Of a DNA stretch of 64,000 nucleotides, positions 37,451 through 50,098 are shown in pieces. The notes under the pieces are model-generated. The model searched no databases. It saw nothing but the letters and a program-made list of their open reading frames with translations, and was not told the DNA's origin. The position numbers and the translations under genes are program-made. Position 1 is the stretch's first letter. Each line of letters begins with the position of its first letter. The DNA is taken from assembly GCA_040437565.1 (NCBI GenBank), contig JBDOQK010000015.1, positions 434,001 through 498,000 of the forward strand. Direction: 5' to 3'. This DNA is from Albugo candida (taxonomy: Eukaryota).

Positions 37451-40400
37451 ATGGCACGCCAAAAAGGTCACAAGCAGCGTGGTGCTGGTGCAGTGACCGT
37501 ATCTCGCGGGCCCGTAAGCTGCAAAGAATTTTCATAAACTATCACTTCATTAATACTTTTTTCTGTCCATATACTCGATCCTATAGCTGCTCAAACAAGG
37601 CGTGATATGTAAGGAATGGCAGCGAACGCCGATGCAGATTTTATCAGAGTACTGCCAATCGAAACAACGAAAACTTCCAAAGTACATCGAAGCCAAAAGC
37701 TCCAATGAGAGCAAATTTCGAATGCGTTGTCTATTGCTGGATGGCAAGAACTCTGCCTTAAATCTCTCGTTCTGTTCCGAGCAGGAATTCAACACACAAG
37801 ATGAGGCCAAACATTCCTCTGCCTTACTTGCATTGTTTTATTTCCAGCCAGGACTCCCACTTGAAAGAAAGCTTCCGGACCCGTTCCGTGCCTTGTGGCT
37901 CTCATTAAGTCAACAAAAGGACGCGGAATCACCGGATGGTGTGCAGTTGTCAACTGATCGGAAGTATGCTTGCAAAGCTGATGCCGAACAAGAGAAAAGA
38001 AAACATGAGGAAATAAGGAGCAGCAAAAAACGTGAAAAAGAACGAAGGAATCAGAAAATGCCACATAAGGAAGTCTTTATGTCGGTGCAATGCAGAGAAA
38101 TGATTGAAAAGGTGCTGAAAGATCTAGAAACGGATCAGCATCAGTCGTCGGAATGCATCAAAGAATTCATGCAAGCTGAGAAAACGAATTCCGGTGATAG
38201 CGAATTGGAAAGAAAGTTGATGCTCGATCTTGCGTCCCTGGGGTTCAAGTCGGACGATATAAATGCTGCTATAACCTACTGCAGAAAATCATGTAATGGT
38301 CTGAGTCATACAGAGGTCGCATCCACCGCCAGAGACTGGCTTTTTCTTAATGTCAAAGAAAGTGATTTGCCCGATACATTCAACCCATTCGGCACTCAAC
38401 TTGACGTCGTTGCAAAATCACAACACAATAGTAACAACCATTTATTAGAAAACCTTTCAGCATTTGAAAGCGCACTTCATCAGCGAATCATAAGTTATGG
38501 CTGCGATATCAACAGCGCATTTGCCCTCGTAGATGATTTTTTCGAGAAAAACTCGGCGGAAGATATACGTCTACTTGATCCTCATGCGAACAAAGAAGCT
38601 GTGGTCAGCGCTGTAGAAGAAATCTGGTCATGTTATTTCAAGTTGATGCTAAGGACGTTAGAGATGGATCGTTTACTGCCAAATATACAAGACCAACAAG
38701 ATGAAGGGGTAAGACAGGAAACAATAGCGAATGAATTGTCGGCTCTCGACTCGATATATGGCGAGAAGATCTCAATCAACTCGTACACATTTTCTTGTAA
38801 GGATGCGAACGCCGCACTGGAACAGACATCGATCCGTCATTGCAATTATCACATCATCATTCAATCATCAGAAAAGGTCAATGTTGAGCTATTTCTACCA
38901 GCGAGCAACAAGTATCCTGACGAATTACCATTGCTGGCCTTGAGGACGACAAAACCAGAATATAAACATTACCTGATCACGGCTTTGGGAGAGCTCCTAC
39001 AAAGCGTTAGATCACTCTTAGGAGGCCCAATTCTGTATGACTTGGCGATGAATGCTGATAGCATACTAGATAGTCTATGTTCGACCGGTGAATTACCAAT
39101 GATTATTGCCTACAAAAGTAACAAAAACCAAGTTGGAGCTGTATCAACCTCATGCGGATTACAACCTCAAAAGGCTGATCTTCAAGACAGAGAAAGTCTT
39201 CCATCGAAACAAGAGGACGATAGGAGGAAGGATAAAAAGAGGGGGAAACAAGCTCTACAGCCACGTACCAAGCGCTTCGTGTCATATGGAATGCTTCGGA
39301 TCGAAGATGACAAAAAGGTTCGANNNNNNNNNNNNNNNNNNNNNNNNNNNNNNNNNNNNNNNNNNNNNNNNNNNNNNNNNNNNNNNNNNNNNNNNNNNNN
39401 NNNNNNNNNNNNNNNNNNNNNNNCTCTTAGGAGGCCCAATTCTGTATGACTTGGCGATGAATGCTGATAGTATACTAGATAGTCTATGTTCGACCGGTGA
39501 ATTACCAATGATTATTGCCTACAAAAGTAACAAAGACCAAGTTGGAGCTGTATCAACCTCACGCGGATTACAACCTCAAAAGGCTGATCTTCAAGACAGA
39601 GAAAGTCTTCCATTGAAACAAGAGGATGATAGGAGAAAGGATAAAAAAAGGGGGATCCAAGCTCTGCAGCCACGTACCAAGCGCTTCGTGTCATATGGAA
39701 TGCTTCGGATCGAAGATGACAAAAAGGTTCGAAACCCAAAGCTCAGATCGATACAGGAATCACGAAAGACCCTTCCTGCTGCCCGTACAAAATCACAGTT
39801 TCTGGAATATCTCGATTATAATCAGGTTGTCATGGTGTCCGGTCAAACCGGATGCGGAAAATCAACCCAGATTCCTCAATTCATCTTGGAAAATTGTATT
39901 GCAAATCGAAAAGATGAAGGCATTGAGATCGTATGCACACAACCTCGCCGTATTGCAGCAGTTGGTGTTGCTACCCGAGTTGCAGAGGAACGAATGGAGT
40001 CTTTAGGAGATATTGTTGGCTATCAAATCAGAATGGAGTCGAAGCGATCGGATAGAACAAAACTACTCTTCTGTACGACGGGTATCTTATTCCGCCGATT
40101 GATGCATGACCGTATGCTGGAAAATGTACGTTCCTACTGATTGAACCACTTGCAATTACATAATATCTTTGTGCGTAGGTGGGCTACATTCTAGTGGATG
40201 AAGTGCATGAACGGGCCGTCGATACCGACTTGTTGCTGGCCGTATTGCGTGATTTACTACCGAAGCGTCCCGATCTTCGGATCATTCTCATGAGCGCTAC
40301 AATGAACGAGGATTTGTTTGTCAATTACTTTAGGTAATTGCAAGTTCATACTATGTCCAAAATGATCACTAATGTCTGTCCTGAAAGCGGACATCAAGTT

Positions 40401-42287
40401 CCGGTTATGCATATCCCCGGCTTCACGTATCCCGTAAAGACGTATTATCTAGAGGATATGGTTACTTCTTTTGCGTATCAGCTTCCTTCGTGCATGCTCA
40501 ACAAGAAAACTCAAGCGTCAGCGGACAAATCACTCTCGGACTACACAATGCAAGAACTGGTTGCGCAGGTTGATCGGACCAAAATCGATTATGGACTTAT
40601 CTTACACATGGTCAACTATCTTGTACGAAAAAGAAAAAGGGGATCAGACAAAGTAAGCATAGGTCATGAAGGCCTGGATTATTCAGGGGGTGCGATCCTG
40701 ATCTTCTTGCCTGGACAATCCGAAATCAAGCGAATGATAGATTTGCTACTCGATGCTGTAGAAACTACACTACATAAAGATGTTTGGGTGGTACCTCTGC
40801 ATGGAAATTTGTCTCCTAGGGATCAAGCGATGGTCTTCCAATCTCCCCCAGAAGGCAAAGTTAAAGTTATCGTAAGCACAAATGTCGCCGAGACGTCCAT
40901 AACGGTCAATGACGTCACAGTGGTCATAGACTCGGGTAGAGTCAAAGAAATGAGTTATGATTGCCTGCAAAGACGATCCAAATTGACACAATGCTGGACG
41001 TCAAAAGCTTCATGCCAGCAGAGGCAAGGACGTGCTGGTCGTGTCCAGGCCGGTTATTGCTTCCGCATATTCTCAAAAGCCCATTATGATCAATTGGAGC
41101 CACAAGTCTCGGCTGAAATTCATCGCACTTCATTGCAACAAGTCTGCTTGCAAATAAAAGCCTTGGGATTCCCAAGTATTCGTACATTTTTGAAGAATGC
41201 CATTGAACCCCCACTTTGTCAGGCAATTGATGCCGCTATTTCTGAACTCATCGAGATTGGTGCAATGAATTTGTCCGAGACTAGTCAAGATAGCGACTCC
41301 ATGGAGCTAACACCTTTAGGAAAACACTTGGGTATGCTTCCGCTGGACGCTCGGATCGGCAAATTCCTCATATACGGTTCTGTGTTGGGTTGTGTCAGCG
41401 CATCTGTGACAATTGCGGCTTGCATTTCGAGTAAATCTCCATTTTGCTCAACAGCAGGAAATCCAAGTCTCCAGGAAAAACATCAAGAGCTAAAGCGATC
41501 TGTCGGCGGCGATAACTGGAAAAGTGACCACTTATTGCATTGGATGGTTATCGAACGCTTTCTAACCCTGAGCAAAGCCACACAGACTCAGAAGCGTTCA
41601 TTTTGCAGAGAATATGCAGTATCGTTCGAAGCATTAGAAGCGATCACTGATCTCCGCCAGCAGTATCTGATGCATTTGGAGACGATTGGATTTTATAGTC
41701 AGAAAGACCGACACAGGTACAACATCAACGCCTCTGTACCGCGGATCATCAAAGCTGCACTATGTGCTGGTTTATATGGCAACGTCGTCCAAGTCTTTTA
41801 CCCAAGAAAGAAGTACACTCAGACAGCACACGGGGTCTTAACTGAGGAACCTGAAGCTAACCAAGTTCGTTACTTTGTGAGTACGAAGCGCCATCAACAC
41901 ACACATCCAGATGAAAAGCAGCTCGAGCGCGTGTACTTGCACCCATCATCCTGCAACTTTAAACAGTCTAATTTCGAGTCGCCATGGATTCTGTACACAG
42001 AATTGATACAAACTTCGCGACTATTTGCTCGTGATACCACAATGATCAATCCCTACGCTTTACTTTTGTTTGGCGGCAAGTTGGAAGTTCAGCACAGTAA
42101 GAACATTTTAGTGATCGACAACTGGATCCACTTCGCTGCTGTCGCTCGCATTGGTGTGCTGATCAAGGCCATACGGAAACAGCTCGATGCTTACCTTGAA
42201 AAGAAAGTGGCGAACCCTTCTTTGGAGATTGGCGATACCGATCTACTGCATGCGATCATGCATCTGCTCAAGACGGAAGGCATGTGA
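37451..42287 (+). CDS. DHX57: DEAH-box RNA helicase, DHX57/DHX29-like (dsRBD-like, UBA-like, RWD, helicase core, HA2, OB)
   Basis: Motifs [42 protein letters not shown] and [22 protein letters not shown]...YPDELP. First exon starts at ATG 37451 with an intron near 37514-37586, and two more introns lie near 40126-40390. Gap 39324-39423 has a duplicated flank. Confidence 0.9.
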
Positions 42288-42647
42288 ACGATGAACACAG
42301 ATGGCGATTCAGTACATCGAAGACACAAAACNNNNNNNNNNNNNNNNNNNNNNNNNNNNNNNNNNNNNNNNNNNNNNNNNNNNNNNNNNNNNNNNNNNNN
42401 NNNNNNNNNNNNNNNNNNNNNNNNNNNNNNNCTCCAAAGAAGGGTTCGCCACTTTGGAGATTGGCGATACCGATCTACTGCATGCGATCATGCATCTGCT
42501 CAAGACGGAAGGCATGTGAACGATGAACACAGATGGCGATTCAGTACATCGAAGACACAAAACGTATACACAACTATTGAGTGTGCAATAATTCGACGCT
42601 ACTTTATGACACGAAATCTAGATCGAGGAAATAGGACCCGGTCTGAA

Positions 42648-45600
42648 CTAATCATCGCGCTTCTTCTTTTTTGTACGCTTGACTTTTACCACTTGTGTCG
42701 GGGCAACATCGTGCGCAAACAGTTTGGATACTTCAAGGCCCGAGGTGAAGGCGTTGTTGAACATTACACGCTGCTGGAATGCAGAAACAAACGGCAAAAA
42801 CATGGCTACGAAAATGATGGGACCAAAGACAATCCAGCCAACTGCACGATCATAGGCGCGGGCTAATGCTCGTACAACGATATGGTGATATTGCACCCGT
42901 GTGATGGTGAGTTGCATGAACCAGTAGACCGCAATGAGTATTATCAACATGACTTCGAATACGTTGACAATACTGAGCACCGTAAGGCTCAGCAGACACA
43001 GCACCATGCAAACGCATGTTATCAAAAACTTCATCTTGCGGAGTTTGCGTTGTTTCATTGACATCTTCTTCGTCACACGGCTGGCTGTATATCCACACCA
43101 GAACAGCAAGCCCAAAATGACGAAAATACCACCTGCCAGGACATACGTCGTCATAGCATCAGCTGAAGTGATGACTTGATCGCGACTACCAAAATAAACT
43201 TTATAGGCAAGCTGTAGATACAGCCCAACAGCAAGAAAGAGGAATCTTGTCTTGCGCACCAACATCATAAATCGTGCTCCCCTAGTGGAATGCTCCAAAT
43301 ATTCTAACTCATTCGACCACCAGCCAAACCAACTTTCCGACGAATCATTCGTTGTCTTCAGCCAGTTCTGCCAGTCATTATAATCGTCTATTATTTTATC
43401 CCAGTCCAACCCACTCGGATTGAAAAAGAATGGTGCCCAAGTCCACGTTGCTGCAATAATCCATAACGAAAAAGACATGATACCGTAATTCTGATTTGTT
43501 GGAAGCACACAAGTTTGGTAGTGATTGGCATAACAGCGGATTTTCCACTCTGTATCAGTCGGCTCGATATTATTGTAGAAATCTTGATCCGTCCGCCATG
43601 AACAATTGCACCACGAAAATGTCCCGTATGCGTAGAATAGAATCAGCAGAAAAATGAGCTCCACTCCTCGATAAAAATGGCTGCTGGCGTAAAATCGAAA
43701 TAATTCTGCGAATTTCTCGTGCTTGATGGTGAACCCACGACCAGTTGCACGATATTTAGCACCTCCGTGGATCAACGTTCTATCAAAGTAATTCATTCGA
43801 GTACCCATTTGAAAAGTAAAAAAGATTGGACCAAGCGTCAGAATATTCCAAAGCAGATACGTCAGACCATGGCGAAAACCTTGCTCAACTCCAACCACGG
43901 CGATGACGGGAACAACTAGAAGAAATCCAAATTGAAATGCCCATGATGTGTTCAGTGTCCCACCGATTCCTAATCCTCCGTGCTCTAAAAAGTAGCTGTC
44001 AAGTCCACTCAGAGCCATATACACTTTGCCGTAAATGAAAAAATAAACTCCTATGACCGTCATTGATTGTGTGAAGTACCATCCGAGATTTCCGTAAAAC
44101 CACGACTGCAGCCGGAAAAAGTCTAAACGCGATGCCATTCGCATCGCATCTCGAGATATCACACACTCACCGGCACCTGATGATAGCTTGGCTTCAAATA
44201 AGGCCAATTGCTGCATACCGACATCACGTCCCTTTCCGACTTGCACAAATTCTTCATGCGAGACGCGACCTCCACGTAGCGTTGTATTGAAACCTGCAAA
44301 TATATCCTCTGATAAATTGATTCCTTTCGAAGCTTTGGCTGTACCACCCGTACTCATTGCAAACAATTTGTCAAAAATATCAGGGTGACCATAATGTAAC
44401 CGCACATGAAATCGAGCGAGCATACGCTGGCCCAGTGACACAAATGAGAGCTCTTGAATGGACATGAAGCTCGCAAGATTCGAAACACCTCCGGTGAAAA
44501 TGTGCTCACGAAATCCAATTATCGTCAGGGGGTTCTTTTCATTGTGCCCGTCCATGGTCGATAATAGATTCGGCATTTTAAGACACTCCTCAAAGTATCC
44601 ATCTTGGTTCATATCAATGCATTGGAGCAATTCACCACGTGAGAATATAATTGCTTGATTTTGATTCTCTGGTTTTCCTTCTCCGATAATAGGATCTCCC
44701 GGTAACTCAACGCGATACACTTCGACGACTTTATCTTCCATTGATCGAACCAATACCGAGTAGAATTTGGGTGGACCATCTTTCACCTTTTTGGGCCCGT
44801 CGACGTAAGCAACACGCAGAGTCGGATGCTTTTTCAGCAGAAAATCAATGTCCTGTGCTTGTTGCTTCTGTTCGTCTTTTTGTCGTCCATATATCTGACA
44901 GGTACAGACATAATTGAATTTTAAAGCCACCATCTCATTCAGTCGATTGCATTTATTACAAGGACAATTCGCTTGATGCATCGGTTCATTTTCACCGATC
45001 TCCAGCCAATGAAGAAAACGAATTGCTTCTTCATTGTACATCATTCCGCGGACGGTACGAGATAATGTCTGACCACGATAACTTGCCCATAGCTGAACTT
45101 CCTCCGGGTTTTTCTTTAAAGCTTCCATCACATCCTTCACTTGAAGTCGCTCCAATAAATTCTCAAACTCAAAAGGATAGATCGTCTGCAAGTAGTATAG
45201 AAGCTTCACACAGTCATCATTTTGTGTTGTCAGATCCTTGATAGAATACAGAACAATTTCGTTGTAATATGGTGTTGAAATTGTCAGCGATCTGATTTTC
45301 CGGATCGGTTTTGCTTCAGGCATGTCCATGAATAGAGAGTTGGCAAAAAAACGGAGCCGACGTCGTCCTTCTTCTGACCGTGGTTCAGCATCAAAATTGT
45401 CTACTGTCAAAAGCTGATACGCACGGGAGACGATATCTAATGCGGCTTCTTCATTTACAATTCTCTGTAATTGCAGACTCGCATAATGTTGTGTATCTCC
45501 AGGGAAGAAAAAAGAGTTTGGTTTTAGCGGTGTGTCATTCAAAATCTGCACAAGATTTTCTTGCTTGGACAAAAGTTTTTTCAGACAATTGATCACAGCT

Positions 45601-48600
45601 TCGACGCTATCAATCACCTTGTATAGCGATCGTTGAAATTTGATGCTGTTTTCAGTGCTTTTTTTCGGCACTTCAAGTACGGCCTTCATCAATTCAGCAC
45701 AGGCAGCACGGCACTGATATAAGCAACCAAGATTTAGCCCTTTCAAGACCTGCTGTGTTGCAACCATTTCTTCCATAAAATTGTAACATTCATCAAGTTC
45801 CTTGTGTTCTTCTCCGAGTAGGATACGGAGAACCTGGGAGGAGAACTTGTACGACCCCAAAATTGATTCAATACGTAGGTCGTCTTTCAAAAGTCTTTCA
45901 CGCATGACATTTTCAATCTTTTGCAGCGTTTTCTCCTTCTTCTTTTTATCTGTCTTGAGTTTCTCGTACAAAGCAGCACATTCCATTATAATATCGATCG
46001 ACTCATCCAGTTTTCCCGCCGTTAGAAAAGCAGGTGGATATAGCTTCCGATTTGCAGTGTCTTTCGAGTCGATGAGGTAGCTCAGAACATTCAACTCGCG
46101 GTCACTGATGACATCAGCATCACGTAAACTTGATAGACACCGATTCCAAGCCATTGCGAATGGTATTGTTCGCTCAAACTCGGCTCCAGACACGCCTGTT
46201 ATGGATCCGATATTGGAAACACGACTTGACTGTGAGCTCCCGTCGTCTTCTCCATGATTTGGAGTTCGCATCTCATTGTACAGATCATCTCCCTCGCGAG
46301 TTTCCAACAAACTACTGTAGGCTTGTGTTTTCACTGTCAGAGGCTTTGATCCCTGTGACATCGAAATTCGCTCAAATCGACGTACTGGCATTGACGCATC
46401 CCCTGGCTCCATGTTTTTATTCTTTGCTTTTTTACCATTTGTCAAATTCTCAACGATATTGGGGACAATTTTTTTGTTGAAAACACGGGGAATAGATTTG
46501 AATGTAAGCCGAAGTATGCGGAACGAGCGTAGCTCACCAATCCGTAAATTAAAGCCTGCAAATGAGCCGGATACGACGGATAAAATCGAGTAAAAGACTT
46601 GTGCATCGTACAAAAATACCATCAATGACGGAATCCATAAGAAGAACAAGTACAAAATGTTATGGTAACTTTGCTGGACCAAAAAGTGAGAGTACTGCAA
46701 ATAATCTGCTTTGTTGGCGCTCCAGATGAATAGAGAAGTTTCTACCAGGCTCTTTATCATGAATTGATAATCAAACCATAATTTGATTGTAAACAATACG
46801 ATCCAGAACCACAGATACCGGCAGTATACATTCATGGGAACTGGTAGGGATCGACCAACGAATCCCATTCCAATGCCGGAAAAAAATCGATTCTGTAACT
46901 CGCACAAGCAAATAAGGCCCAGTAACCCAAATCCTCCAAGCATTGCCAGGGGACCTTTATCTGAGCGGCCAAAGTCAATCAACCCCATGATGAGCGTCAT
47001 TACACGTGCTGGGTTTGATATCAAGCTCCGTATATCAATTTGACATTTTCCGCAATTGAGGTACCCGTCTTTACCTTTGTCCAAAATATTCAAAGCCGTT
47101 TTCTTCCAAGTTGGCACGCATTTCCGTTGATCGTATTTGACTTTGGTCGTAGCTTTGGTTTCTGAATCGACCATCAACTCTTCTGCTTCACCCTTCTGCT
47201 CGAAACAATCCTTTATCAGACGATGATAACATCCACACCGACCAGAGGTTTTTTCCTGACAGTGAGTGAAAGGTACGACTGCGATCAAAGACCGGAAATC
47301 AATTGGCAAGGTCATGAATGTTGTTCCATCTTGATACATATCTATTCCTAGACAGGTCGCTAATTTTGGTAGCAAACATCTCGGACCCTTTTCAGCATCC
47401 TCCGTAACATCATTATTTGTCGGTGCCACAGTGTTGAATGGCTGAGCATATTTGTGGCCCAAAATTTCCAAGGGTTTTTTTGCATTAACTTGTTGTACAT
47501 CTGGACCATACATGCTAGGCGCATCGGGACAAAGCAAAACCATATTCAGACTGAAGGCAAGCACTGTCACGAACAGTGCACAGTTGAATAAGAATATTCG
47601 CCGAAAAGAAATGAAAGCCCGCACCCAACTTCGTTTCTCTGTGAAAGTTTTCTTGACAATATTTGATTTTCCTTTTTTGTTTACACTGGCAAATGCTTCA
47701 CCGATGCTGTAAGGGTCATACTTGAGACATTTTTTGGTCCAAAAAAACTCGTTGAAGTCATCATAATTTCTTATCTCGCTATGTGAGGCCCTCGCTCCCT
47801 TGGATGTCTTCTTGTCGCTATCTCGTTTGATTTCCATATACATGGGTCGAATCACTTTGACAAGGAACTCGCCAGATTCTTTCGTTCCTCCAGTATTGAT
47901 TTGAGGTAACATTGAGTGGAGTAAAAAGCATAAACACTCAGGCATTTGACGTAAATTGCCGGCCTCGCCCCAGATCAAAAAGAAAAGAGAAATATCGACT
48001 AAGGGATCTTGACTAAACTTGGGCTTTTGACTAACGTACTTGCACCACTTTTTGTAATTACTGAAAAGTCGAGTATGAAAACGAGCGATGCCTTTTGAAG
48101 CCATATCTGCTTCTATTTGAGGATCGCGTTGCTCTTGGTAATCAGCGTCCAGTGTGTTATCTTGTGACTGTTTTGCCTTTTTTTTCTTCGCAATGTCACC
48201 ACCTTGCTCTTTGAAGTTTGTAAGTAACAAAATCAAATGCTCCTTCTGATTCAAAACATTGCTATCCTGGAAGCCAAACGTGTTTTTTAGCGTCTCACAT
48301 ATGTCACCAATACTGGACTGCGCCAATAGCTGTGCAATCGGATGATAAACACTTGGTAATTGATTGAACTCTAGGATGTTATGTTTCTGCAGCGATCGTT
48401 TTGTCGACCCGTTAGCCTGCGATTTAACGCGCTGACTTTTAATCATTTTTACGTATCGTTTCATTTTGGCATTTAGACGTTCGGATGCTTCCCGTTCGTC
48501 TTGAGAGTCATAACGAATGGCAAGTGCCCGTTCCATTATTTCGACGGCACGAGTCAATTTAACTTCTGCTTCTTGTACGTCAGGAGGCTGAGCATTCTGC

Positions 48601-48719
48601 ATTGCTACTCCTGCATTGACCAATGCCATCGCTTCATCGCACATTTGGCGTTGCATTTCCAGCGCGTCGGAACTAATACCTGAGGAGCTTTCCGGTCCAT
48701 TATTACCACGCGTTCCCAT
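42648..48719 (-). CDS. 1,3-beta-glucan (callose) synthase, GT48/FKS, with N-terminal MIT-like domain; single exon
   Basis: Motifs FGFQDSNVLNQKEHL, WGEAGNLRQMPECLCF, RNYDDFNEFFW, RRLRFFANSL, LWASYRGQTLSRTVRGMM, GEGKPENQN, IDMNQD, HYGHPD and LSEDIFAG, plus many TM segments. Confidence 0.98.
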   Translation of the reverse strand: MGTRGNNGPESSSGISSDALEMQRQMCDEAMALVNAGVAMQNAQPPDVQEAEVKLTRAVEIMERALAIRYDSQDEREASERLNAKMKRYVKMIKSQRVKSQANGSTKRSLQKHNILEFNQLPSVYHPIAQLLAQSSIGDICETLKNTFGFQDSNVLNQKEHLILLLTNFKEQGGDIAKKKKAKQSQDNTLDADYQEQRDPQIEADMASKGIARFHTRLFSNYKKWCKYVSQKPKFSQDPLVDISLFFLIWGEAGNLRQMPECLCFLLHSMLPQINTGGTKESGEFLVKVIRPMYMEIKRDSDKKTSKGARASHSEIRNYDDFNEFFWTKKCLKYDPYSIGEAFASVNKKGKSNIVKKTFTEKRSWVRAFISFRRIFLFNCALFVTVLAFSLNMVLLCPDAPSMYGPDVQQVNAKKPLEILGHKYAQPFNTVAPTNNDVTEDAEKGPRCLLPKLATCLGIDMYQDGTTFMTLPIDFRSLIAVVPFTHCQEKTSGRCGCYHRLIKDCFEQKGEAEELMVDSETKATTKVKYDQRKCVPTWKKTALNILDKGKDGYLNCGKCQIDIRSLISNPARVMTLIMGLIDFGRSDKGPLAMLGGFGLLGLICLCELQNRFFSGIGMGFVGRSLPVPMNVYCRYLWFWIVLFTIKLWFDYQFMIKSLVETSLFIWSANKADYLQYSHFLVQQSYHNILYLFFLWIPSLMVFLYDAQVFYSILSVVSGSFAGFNLRIGELRSFRILRLTFKSIPRVFNKKIVPNIVENLTNGKKAKNKNMEPGDASMPVRRFERISMSQGSKPLTVKTQAYSSLLETREGDDLYNEMRTPNHGEDDGSSQSSRVSNIGSITGVSGAEFERTIPFAMAWNRCLSSLRDADVISDRELNVLSYLIDSKDTANRKLYPPAFLTAGKLDESIDIIMECAALYEKLKTDKKKKEKTLQKIENVMRERLLKDDLRIESILGSYKFSSQVLRILLGEEHKELDECYNFMEEMVATQQVLKGLNLGCLYQCRAACAELMKAVLEVPKKSTENSIKFQRSLYKVIDSVEAVINCLKKLLSKQENLVQILNDTPLKPNSFFFPGDTQHYASLQLQRIVNEEAALDIVSRAYQLLTVDNFDAEPRSEEGRRRLRFFANSLFMDMPEAKPIRKIRSLTISTPYYNEIVLYSIKDLTTQNDDCVKLLYYLQTIYPFEFENLLERLQVKDVMEALKKNPEEVQLWASYRGQTLSRTVRGMMYNEEAIRFLHWLEIGENEPMHQANCPCNKCNRLNEMVALKFNYVCTCQIYGRQKDEQKQQAQDIDFLLKKHPTLRVAYVDGPKKVKDGPPKFYSVLVRSMEDKVVEVYRVELPGDPIIGEGKPENQNQAIIFSRGELLQCIDMNQDGYFEECLKMPNLLSTMDGHNEKNPLTIIGFREHIFTGGVSNLASFMSIQELSFVSLGQRMLARFHVRLHYGHPDIFDKLFAMSTGGTAKASKGINLSEDIFAGFNTTLRGGRVSHEEFVQVGKGRDVGMQQLALFEAKLSSGAGECVISRDAMRMASRLDFFRLQSWFYGNLGWYFTQSMTVIGVYFFIYGKVYMALSGLDSYFLEHGGLGIGGTLNTSWAFQFGFLLVVPVIAVVGVEQGFRHGLTYLLWNILTLGPIFFTFQMGTRMNYFDRTLIHGGAKYRATGRGFTIKHEKFAELFRFYASSHFYRGVELIFLLILFYAYGTFSWCNCSWRTDQDFYNNIEPTDTEWKIRCYANHYQTCVLPTNQNYGIMSFSLWIIAATWTWAPFFFNPSGLDWDKIIDDYNDWQNWLKTTNDSSESWFGWWSNELEYLEHSTRGARFMMLVRKTRFLFLAVGLYLQLAYKVYFGSRDQVITSADAMTTYVLAGGIFVILGLLFWCGYTASRVTKKMSMKQRKLRKMKFLITCVCMVLCLLSLTVLSIVNVFEVMLIILIAVYWFMQLTITRVQYHHIVVRALARAYDRAVGWIVFGPIIFVAMFLPFVSAFQQRVMFNNAFTSGLEVSKLFAHDVAPTQVVKVKRTKKKKRDD

Positions 48720-50090
48720 CTTTTATATGGATCAGGATCCTTCTAAGGATGTACAAAGCGTAGTCGTTGGAACTACACTAAACAATTCTCTAGATCAGCT
48801 TAATTCTGTACAGTAATCCTCCCTGAGCCAAATCACAGATGCGTCGAGAGGCAAAAATTCCTAATTTTTTTTAACTCCCTCTACAAGTGCGACTAGTTGC
48901 CTATGTGCGTTAACCAAAATCGCTTCCGGCGCCTATAATAGTTTTTCCGCCTGTCCTCGAATGAAAAACCGTCCTCAGAATACAAGGAACAATCCAGGAT
49001 TTGTATTTTCCTCTACAAAATGATCCGACGGGAGGAAGCGTTTGAGAAAATGGGAGGCAAAAGAAAAGGCTTTTGAAGTTTACTAATTTATCACCACAGC
49101 TGAATATAGAGGCATAGGCTGCTGAGGATTTGCTGATACATTGTAACAGGTGGTCAAGCTCATAACTGCCTCAGCGACTAAACGCACTCTTGGAGTTACA
49201 AAACGATACCGCTTCGATCTATAAAAAGATAACAGAATAGCGCTACCTAGCCCTCTGCTGCTTTTAAAAAAACAGCTGGCCTGCTAGATCTCAGAAAGTC
49301 CCATTAAGTGGTGCACGATGTGTACAGAATCAGATTGCCAATATTTCTGAAGGCTGATCGCATGTCGTGTGTAGGTACGAGTCCTTGACTGACTTGAAAA
49401 TTTGTACATGTATACTTCTGCCATTCGCGAATTCGATTTCGATAATGTGAACCACTCTTGCTTAAATTAGTGGTGTAAAGTACCCATGTCACATACATGA
49501 GCTTCGCGAGCGAATACCAATTGTAGCTGGGTAAGAATGAACGGTACTCGAACGTGATTAAACGTCGAAGATCTGGTTAGGTCCATACGACCGGTTGAAA
49601 TAGAGAGCCCTATCCGTTCAATGCAGAGACTGCTACATTCTTTCTTCGCAATGTATAGATGCTCGCCCGTGCTTCTAGACTCGCACTCCGCGTCGCTATG
49701 TCCCACTTTTTTCTTGAAAGCTTGTTCCTTGACTTCGTCAATTTATTTGAAAGGCTGCACGTAGGAGCCACGATTAAATAGAAAGCTGCCTTTATTTTGC
49801 CACACTCTAGCTTAAGCCTGACTAAGTTAGGCTACTGTAGTCATACGTAAATCGAATCACTGAAAAGGTAGTGGGCAGAGTCACTCTAGTATCAGAGAAA
49901 ATGTGCTCACGTCAATCAAGATGGAGCACTATGCTATTACCGTACTCTGACGCAAACCTTCCACATTTCCGAAGGCATATTATCACAATACCCAGCTAGT
50001 CAGAATCATTGATTGATGGACCTCTGATGATTGAGACGAATGAGATGATTTGCAAAAACAAAATTACACCGAGTCATGTATCACTACTAC

Positions 50091-50098
50091 TATATAAA
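50091..50098 (+). promoter_or_regulatory. TATA-box-like element upstream of the secreted-protein gene
   Basis: TATATAAA about 150 bp upstream of ATG 50245, in a 1.5-kb intergenic region. Confidence 0.4.
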
